DNA of 64,000 nt, taken from contig CDMY01000033.1 of assembly GCA_001179505.1 (NCBI GenBank), positions 1 to 64,000 of the forward strand, written 5' to 3'. Of this stretch, positions 55,196 through 64,000 are shown piece by piece. Source of the DNA: Vitrella brassicaformis CCMP3155 (Eukaryota > Protista > Chromerida). A program made the position numbers and the translations under genes. The first letter of the stretch is position 1. Each line of letters starts with the position of its first letter. The notes beneath the pieces were generated by a model that was given only the letters and a program-made list of their open reading frames with translations, was not told where the DNA came from and searched no databases.

Positions 55196-57997
55196 CTAGG
55201 GGTCACGAGTGGCCACCAGCACAATGCACTCATCATACTCATCATACTCAGTATCCAATGTGTTGATGGTGAAGCCGCCCACTCGAGTGCCGTTCGGGAG
55301 CAGCGCACGAATGGCATCGCCAAGGTCGCCAGGCTCATCCGGCAGCCACAGCATCACACACCTCAGGCCGCGCACGGCAGCGTCGAGCAGAGATGACAGG
55401 CCGTCGCGAACGAGCTCGGCAGCATCAGCATGCGCCAACCCTTGGGGCACTGTATGACGACACACAGGCAAGGCGGATGGACACACACACAAGGTGGACC
55501 GACGAGCACCTTCCTGCACTCACTGCCCTCCCGGCATACCTGACAAGTACATGTCTATGTTGCGAACCGAGGCATCCGACCCCCACCCGTCAAAGGCGCC
55601 GCCCTGCGTGAGACTGACCGTAACAGCCTGTCTACCAACTTGGACATCGTCCACCACCCTCCCCGCCCCCAGCGCCTCCAGCACACCACTCCTGTCCTCT
55701 GCACTGACAGCTCCATCAAACTGCACCCTCCTCACCTCCATAGGCATCTTCTGCGCCAGCCAGCGGCCCGCACCAACGCCCACAGAGCTCCAGACACACA
55801 GATATCTGGCCGTTGGGAAGTGCTGCAGGTGGTTGATGATGGCGGGGGCGGGTGAGGGGCTGCCGGGAGGGGGGACGAAGCCAGGGGCATTGTGAACCAA
55901 CACCCTCCACACGTTGTCGAATGAGAGGCTCTGTGCGATGTCGACGGCCGCCTGGCTGGGGCTGTCGATGGGATGGGTGAGGTCATGCTGGCTGATGTTG
56001 TAGTCCACATACATCGTCTGCCGTGCCGCCTCCTGAATGGCCGTCTTGATGAAGGGGGAGGGGCTAGGGGGGAATGCGTCGGCGTAGAGGAGTGACAGGT
56101 CGAAGTCCGTGCCCCCCAAAACCGTCACGTCGAGCGGGACGTCCGGCGAGGTGCAGCAGGTGTTGATGAAGCCGTCGACAGCCAGCAGGGCAGAGAGGCT
56201 GTCGTGGTCCTCGAACGATGGGATCTTCACGTCGAAGCTCGTCAGCGACTTGCGGCAGCCACGCGACATGAGCACATCCTAGAAAGAAACAAAGAGAAAG
56301 GACACCATTCGAATGTGTGTGGGCACGTGCGGATAAGGCCTCCCCTATGTCACGGTTGCCTACCTGCAGACGCGTGACTCCTGCCAGGTACTGCTCTGGT
56401 GACTCCCCATCCCGACGCTCAATCCCTCCGATGGTCTGCAGGTGTCTGAGCGGCCCTGGCTGGCCGGCGGATGCGACGGGGAAGTGCTCAAACACAGTCG
56501 CCAACTGCCCCCATGACCCCCATAGCCCCTCCACTCGTTTCAGGCATGACGACGAGCTGACGAAGCGGCCCAACGTGATGGCATCCCACCCCTGCTGACC
56601 CACACGCTCGAGTGCGGGCATCTTCCAGCCCCTGTCGGCCAGCACACTGTGCTGTCGGACGGCTCCTGTGACGGCCCTGAGGGCATGGAGAGTGGGGGGC
56701 TCGGGGGGGGNNNNNNNNNNNNNNNNNNNNNNNNNNNNNNNNNNNNNNNNNNNNNNNNNNNNNNNNNNNNNNNNNNNNNNNNNNNNNNNNNNNNNNNNNN
56801 NNNNNNNNNNNNNNNNNNNNNNNNNNNNNNNNNNNNNNNNNNNNNNNNNNNNNNNNNNNNNNNNNNNNNNNNNNNNNNNNNNNNNNNNNNNNNNNNNNNN
56901 NNNNNNNNNNNNNNNNNNNNNNNNNNNNNNNNNNNNNNNNNNNNNNNNNNNNNNNNNNNNNNNNNNNNNNNNNNNNNNNNNNNNNNNNNNNNNNNNNNNN
57001 NNNNNNNNNNGGGGGGGGGGGGGAAAGGAGGGATGGTGGGACGGTGAAATAGGGGTTGCTGGGGGTGAAGTGGATGGTCTCCAGGCAGCCCTTCGCCATG
57101 TGCGGCTGTCCCTCCTTGTCGCACGCCTCCCGCCGCCCGGCCGCATGGCCCTCCACGATGCTCATCATGGTGTTCAGACACCACAACCGGTCGCGGCGTG
57201 GCTGCACGAGGGTGAGGGCCGTCAGGTTGATGAGCCGTTTGCCGAGCTGGAAGGCCTCATCAGGCGTCATGCTCTCCCAGAAGTGACGGTCGCCCTCGGT
57301 GGAAGAGTCGATGGCGATGTGAGTCTGCTGGTGAAGGGCTGCCTTGCGGACTTGCGGCCACTGCTTGCAGAGGGTCGAGAGGGCCGACAGCTCGCGAGGG
57401 GTAAAGAAGCTGAAGACACCCGACAGGTGGTCGTCGCCAAGACCACGAGGGGCCTGAATCAGGGAGAGCATGAGAGTGAGCCGCGTCACGAGAGTGGCTG
57501 TGTGTGTGTGTACCATTGTCTTATCCTCCTGATCAGCAGAGTTCTTGTGAGTGAGGCGGAAGCCGCCATGCGCCTGGGCGTACACACACCACACACACAC
57601 ATGCGATGATTGAGTGGACGTGTGGACGCCGCGTGTACCTGTTGGTCATGCGGTGATGCGGGGGTCTTGCTATGCGGCACCAGCACTTTGAACTCCTCAT
57701 GTTGTCCGCCCACCTCCCTCATGTGAAGCGCCGTCCGTCCACTGCCCTCCTCGATGCGATACACGTCGGCCTTGACCCACCTCTGCTTGCCCTTCTCCCG
57801 CCCGTTGGTCACCATCAGCACACGACTGCCCTCTTTGTAACGGCACGGCGTCGGGGATGCCATTGCCTGACGAACCGAACAATAAGGTGAACAAAGGGAT
57901 GAGTCAGTGATGCTCTGACACATTGATGAGTGTGTGTGTTTGTTGTGCTTTGACTGACCTCGCCGTGAGGCAAAGCAGACGATGATGAAGCTGCCAT
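55196..57997 (-). CDS. Lineage-specific expanded repeat-protein family member (copy 2): N-terminal small beta-barrel-like module, F-box-like helix, repeat region
   Basis: Paralogue of 38453-41912; open frames with GT-AG introns; one exon interrupted by the 56711 gap. Confidence 0.75.
56711..57010. other. Assembly gap (300 N) flanked by poly-G, inside an exon
   Basis: N run; the paralogue suggests the true missing length is only tens of bases. Confidence 0.95.
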
Positions 57998-59026
57998 GGC
58001 GAGACGCAAACACAGCTGACGAGAAGAGGACAGAGGTGTGTGTGTGTGAGTGCATCTACTCGGCATCTGTGTGCTGCCTACCGGCGAGATGTGTCGAAAA
58101 GAATCCTATGAGCGATGGCCTCTCTATGGCCTCTGTCAGCCGAGGCTTGCTATCGAGGAGGCCGACCTCCGCAGGGCACTCACGGAGTGCAATTCGCTAT
58201 AGAACACGCTAATCCATTCATCGAAGGGCGAGCTTATGAGCTCGCGATCTGCGGGGTGTTCCACTGATTCCATTCATGGCAGGCCAGGCCGGTTGGTCAG
58301 AGGGGACCACATCGACGCGAGTGACGTCAGCGACGATGAAGAAGAAGCAAGCAGCCGCAGGCAGCCGACAGACAGTCACATGCGTCGCATGGCGTCAGAT
58401 GCTGCATTGCCTGCCATTGGTTCATTCTGTAGGACATGCTGGCAGCCATTCCATTTATCCATTGAGTCACTGACTGTCAGGATCGACGGCCAAAAATGGT
58501 GCATGCCTTCTCTAACCATTTGGCTCCATGTTGTGTGTCCCTCTCTGAGCGCCCTTCGGTGCCTTCAGCCACAACACCTCCCGTCAGCTGCTGTGGTTGG
58601 AGGCACCTGCTGCTGTCACATGCAGCCATGAGGAAGGAAGACACATGAGTGAGTGAGTCGGGGCCCACCCACAAGGCACCACACCCGGTTGGACACCCAC
58701 CCGCCTTAGGCGGCCCTCATCTCGTCTCGTCTCGTCTCGCTGCATCTCCTCTCCATCCAGGCTCTCTACATCAGCTATCAAACACTCTGCCTGCCTCTCC
58801 CTCCCCTCCCGGCCACCACCCACCGCCCTCCCGCGCCTGCAGGCCTATACAGCACATCACCACCGGCCCACGACACATTGACAGTAGCCAAGACACACGA
58901 ATTCACCAACCCACTCCCATGCACTGCACCACAAATCGGTCGACACACTCCACTGCAAAACGACCCGAAGAACAAAACCCGAACGAGGAAGAAGCAAGAG
59001 CCAAGTGCCAAGGGCCAATCAGCTAT

Positions 59027-62000
59027 CTATCTGGGCCTGTAGGTCCTTTCCCTACGCTGCGGCTGTTGCTGCTGCTGCTGCTGCTGTTGCTGAGGAGTCC
59101 TCCGGGCAGCACCAGCACCAGCGCCGTTCCGCTTCCTATTCCTGCCCATCGTCTGTGTGGTCGCGCCCTCATAGCCGTTGACGCTGCCCCGCGGGACGAC
59201 TGTCTGTGTGGCGGTTGCCGCCTTAAGCTGCTTGACGCCCCTTCTGCTGGGCGGGGGAGCGGTGAGGGAGGGGGGCGGTGGAGAGGGTATGTCTGTGGGG
59301 ATGAGGGGAGGGGGCGGGGTGGGCCGTCGCGAGGCTGTCGGCTCGTACCCAAATGCCCGGCTGATGGCCCGCTCGCTGACACCCAGCGCAAAGTCGTTCA
59401 AGAGCTTCTGGGCCCTCGGATTCTGATAGACGATTCACACACAGACACACACACACACGAACGGGTTGTCTGCCCCCTCTTGACCTCCTCCCCTCCCCTC
59501 CCCTGTCTGCTGACCCGCAGGACTTTGGACAGCGTCATTGCGAGTGACCTGGTGTCGCCGGCCTGCCCCTTCCTGATCATGGTGACCATGTGCGACATCT
59601 GATTCATCGTCGGGTTGAGCGCAGGCGGCCTCGCCAGACCCTCGGGCTGCAACACGCTGGCCAGAGGGGCCGCCAGCACCCAGGGGAGCCGGGGGAAGGA
59701 CCCGCCGAGGTCTCGCAGATAGGCTGAATACGACCGGACGTAGTCGACCGTCTCAGTGGCTGCCCACGCACCAACCAGGGGCAAGGCGTACATGTCAAGT
59801 GTGTCGCCCATGTGTCTGTCTGTTTGTATGGCTTACTGAGGTCGTCGAGTCCATCCACGAGCAGTGGGACCACCTGTTCCGCAACGTCTTCGCCCTCGTC
59901 AGAGAGGAGGAAGTTGACGAGCTGCGTGGACGCCAGAGACACGTCGAAGTCGGCGTCTGTGACGGCGTTGTCCAGCAGACTCTGCAGACGACTCCACCGC
60001 AGCTCACCGTCAGGCATGCTGAGGACGGGGGAAACGCACAAACAGTGTGTCTCAGTGTGTGTGTGTGTGTGTGCGGGGTGTGGTGTGGTGTACCTGAGGT
60101 TTCTCAAAGCAGCCTGCAGTTCCTCTGAGGCGTCTGTGAGGAGGAGAGAGGCGATGTAGGGATACGCCTCCTTGATGATCGTGAAGGTCGGGTCGACCTG
60201 CACACAACACACACACACACGCAAGCCACCACACACATGAGGGCCGGGCAGGGACGAGCTTGCTGTGTCTGTGTCTGTGTCTGTGTCATGCAGCCATCCA
60301 TCCTTGTTAGTGACCTACCTGTATTGATATCCCCTCGAGGACGCCCAGACACCGAATGATGGCGATGTAAAAGGGCGGCAGCGAGAAGGGGTACGTGTAC
60401 ATGACGTCCTGTCAACACACACCGCCACAAGTGCCCGAGATGCGTGTGTGGCCTTTCCACCCCTGTCCACTTACCCCCAGCTTGGAAATGACGTTTTTGA
60501 AGTTGAGTTCGCTGACCGAGGAGCCTAGGACGTCTGGCAGCGTGGCGTTGAGGGCCTTGACGATCGGGTCGGTGGGCTGGTCGGGCGGGATGAATCCCAT
60601 CCGCTTGTACAGATTCGCCAGCGCCTCGAAATCACGATTCACTGACAACAGAACACACGACAGAGAGAGGCCGGGGGGAGCAGAGACGCATCCACACATG
60701 CTGAAAGACGCCCGTGTGCGGTGTGTGTGGCAAGGGCCATCAATTACCGAGGTGCACGACGGCCTCGATGATGGAGTACCGTTGGTAGGGCTTGACGTAG
60801 GACATCATGCCAAAGTCGAGGTACACCAGGTTGCCCTCAGGCGACACCAGCAGGTTGCCCGCATCTGTCGCATGCACCCAAATGCACCGGCAGCCACATG
60901 TGTCAGATCTGTGTGTGGTGGAGCTCTCTCTCTCTCTCTCTCTGTAGGCGTGTGTGGGTCACGTGGGTCGGCGTGGAAGAATCCATTGTCGAGTATCTGC
61001 TTAAATGAGCACTGCACGAGTATGTCGATGAGCTCGCTGCGGTTGACGCTCCGCTGGTCGAGCACCTCCTTGTCGGTAAGCCTGTTGCCCTCGATCCACT
61101 CCATCACCAACACCTGCATACACACATACGCACATGTGCCGCGCTCCACTGCTCTCTCTCTCTATGTGTGTGTGTGTGGGTGAGGATGGATCACCTTGCG
61201 TGTGGTGAATTCGTCATAGATGAGTGGGGCCCGCACACGGGGGGTAGTCTTCGCATAGAGCTCGTTGAAACGCTGTGGTGCACCACCCACACCCAACATG
61301 GCCAACATTGACGCGAACTGCTGCCTGCGTGTGTCTTGTGTGTATTGTGTGTCGTTCGTTTGTGCGTCAGTCACCTTTGCGTTGTTCGCCTCGAGCAGGT
61401 AGTCGATCTCCCCATAGATGAGGCGGCCAAAGTCGTCAATCACCGACACCAGATTAAGGTCGCGCTTCAGAACACCCAGCAGACGAGTGAATATCTGACC
61501 CAGAGAGAGACTGCATGAGGGCCCCATAGATGCATTCCCTCGTGTGTGTGGACCTTCGAGTAAGTCGAAAGGATGTAGAGGTCCAGGGAGATGATCTCCT
61601 CACACCCCGGCCGCTGCACCTTCACCGCCACTTCAGCCCCGTTGCTGCGCAGCCGGGCACGGTACACCTGCCCGATGCTCGCAGCGGCGATGGGCTCGCT
61701 CTCGATCTGAGAAAACACCTGACACACACACAAATCCACACACATCTGGTGGGTGGGTATGTGGAGAGGTGTGTTGTGTTGTGTTGTGTTGGTACGTCAT
61801 TGATAGGCATCCCAAGCTCCTCTTCGATGGTCTGGAATGCGATGTCTGAGGGGAATGGCGGCAGTCGGTCCTGCAGCTTCTGAAGCTCCTCGAGGTATTC
61901 GGCCGGCAGCAGATCGGGCCGCGACGACAGAGCCTGACCCGCCTTGATGATCGCAGGACCTGTGACACACACACGCACACGGACAGGACAGATCGTGTTG

Positions 62001-62824
62001 CGTGGCGGCTCGCTGGCGTGGCGCCCATACCACCTACCGAGGTTCGATATGAGCTGCAGCAGCTCGTTGGCCCTTTTGCGTCTGTTCTTCTTCTCGACGC
62101 CCATCTGTATGTCCATCACCACTCGACCCAGGAAGCGCGCAAGAGGCGATAACAGCTGGACCTGGTGGACACACAAAATGCCACACAACCAACGCACCTA
62201 TGACAGACACTGTTTCGCTCTCTCGTGACGGTGTGTGCGTGCGCGTGTGTACCTGTCTTTTGCTGACGACGAGGGGCTTATTTCTGAAGTGCTTGCGGGC
62301 GGCATCTGCATCATACGGCACCGACGGCTGCAGCAACGGCTCGGCCGCTGACAACCAACACACAAACGTGCAGTGCAGCAGAGTGACATTACATTTAGTC
62401 TTCCTGCACTCTTCACTCCATGCCCACCTCTAGAAGTCTGCACGGCCTTCTGCAGCAGCTCCCGCGCCTTGATGAGCCTCTCGCTGGCATAGCTCGGCCG
62501 CATCAGACTGGCGTCACTCGCACTCACGGGCGGGTCATCAACATCGTCTCTCACATTCCCGCTGCTCTCATATGCCGCATCCGTCTCCTCTATAGCGAAC
62601 TCCACCTTCTGCGGCGGCGCCCGCGGTGCCCTCACGGCGTGCAGCACACTCACAGTCCGTGCTGATCTCTCCCTGGAGTGCACTGATGACGATGGCGCCG
62701 CTGGAAGATGGGCAAAGGCCGCCGCCTGCCGGGCGGGGTAGGCGATGGGATGTGTGGATGCTGCGCCTACTGACACGGCGAGGAAGAGCAGTGCCGCTCC
62801 AGAGGAGGATAAGAGAGCTCCCAT
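59027..62824 (-). CDS. ABC1/UbiB atypical kinase (ABC1K-like) with N-terminal signal peptide plus transit-peptide-like region
   Basis: GPAIIKAGQALSSRPDLLP, LQKLQDRLPPF, PIAAASIGQVY, VAVKVQRP, EIDYLLEANN, VLVMEWIEG, GFFHADP, GNLL, LDFGMM. Confidence 0.93.
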
Positions 62825-63112
62825 GAGGATCTCTCACATCAAGACAGCTGACGCCGGAGATTTCGATGAGAAATGAACCGCTGCTCGTCGTAGAAGACTG
62901 CTGCTGTGAGAGGAAGCGTTCACTGAGCTGAAATTGCTTCGCTGATCTGTGCGAGCTTTATTCCACCACTGCGAGCTTAGCGGCAAGACCCGAAGGGAAT
63001 GAAGAACAAGCGGACACCACAACAGTAATGCCGAGAAGGAGAAGGCCGGTCGTACAACAGCTCAGCATTCGTCCCGCCCCGAGCTCCACCGTCACAGCGT
63101 GAACTCGCTCTC

Positions 63113-64000
63113 ATGTCCCTGATGCGCCTCTTTTCAAGACGCGAATCGACGGCCAGCACAGCCCACACGGTCAGCCAGGCCGGCACCACTCAGTTCAGCA
63201 CCAGCCAGCTCTTCGACAAGGCCACCGGCGCGCCCACGTCACACAAAGGCCATCACCGGGAGTCCCAGCAAGCCGCCACAACACCCAACAAGGGCGCCGG
63301 TCTGCCTCCCCGGCCCGACTACGGTCGCATCATATGCGACTTACGCCAGCGACTGTCCGAGAGCCAGACAGCGTGTGAGGAGAAGGACGAGGAGGTTCGT
63401 TTGAAGGATGAGCAGCACAAGGAGCTGGGGAGGAAGGTGGAGGAGCTGGAGAGATGTGTGGGTGAGAAGCAGGAAGACGCCCGGGAGGCGAGGGAGAGGG
63501 AGGACAAGATGAGAAGCCTCTATGAGGCGGCATGCAGGAAGGCCGATGCCGACATAGAGGTAGGGACACACAGCCAGACGGCCGTCATCTGATTTATGTG
63601 TTATCATGCACCTTGTCTGTCTGTCTGCTTGTCTTCAGACGTTGACGGCCCACTTGGACCACGAGTATCCCTGGCGTGAGGCCCTCGCCCATCTGGCCAC
63701 CCTCATCCCCCCGACAGCCCAATCACGTCACGCCGGATCCGCATCGGCCTCCCCCGCCTCCCGGTCATCCGCCACACACACCAATAACTACTTCCCCTTC
63801 AGCACCCTCCCCGCATCCCTCTCACCCAAGAGCTCCAAGGCCCTCCAAAGCGAGGGCGGCGAGCCGCTCAGCCCCTCAACACGGCTGGACTTCCTCCCGC
63901 ACAACGCCTCAGGTGATGTGCGCGAGATGGCGGCCATGGTGGTCGGTGTGTTGGACGGCATGCGCGAGTACGTGCGTGAGGTGGGTATGGCCTGTGAGGG
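63113..64000 (+). CDS. Coiled-coil hypothetical protein, partial (continues past the window)
   Basis: ATG-initiated exon with heptads (LRQRLSESQTACEEKDEEVRLKDEQHKELGRKVEELE), donor at about 63560, next exon from about 63640. Confidence 0.6.

Overview
Eukaryotic, GC-rich, intron-dense genomic DNA with microsatellite-rich introns and eight 300-N scaffold gaps. The style and a lineage-specific repeat-protein family suggest the chromerid alveolate Vitrella brassicaformis (inference, not verified). About 7-28.5 kb is a transposon nest with three parts: (1) a foldback/MITE-like element with inverted (AACCG)n minisatellite arms; (2) a decayed non-LTR retrotransposon (partial APE, RT, MTase-like insert, RNase H, CCHC, and a C-terminal tail with an RPA32-binding-like helix); (3) a near-complete tyrosine-recombinase (PAT/Ngaro-type) retrotransposon with split direct repeats, plus extra fragments of the same family. 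In the YR element, gag and YR reading frames are restored only by removing canonical GT-AG introns, and an in-frame alternative splice would fuse gag to pol. From 28.8 to 64 kb lie host genes: PARP-fold/B-box protein, GBA2-type glucosylceramidase (GH116), two paralogues of a lineage-specific family (one frameshifted, with an FG-repeat insertion), a decayed CS-domain gene, a TRP-type channel in a lower-GC island, a coiled-coil protein, a CAMK-group kinase, an ABC1/UbiB kinase with a plastid-type presequence, and a partial coiled-coil gene. No rRNA, tRNA or CRISPR was seen. All domain calls are by-eye motif recognition; exon boundaries of host genes are approximate.
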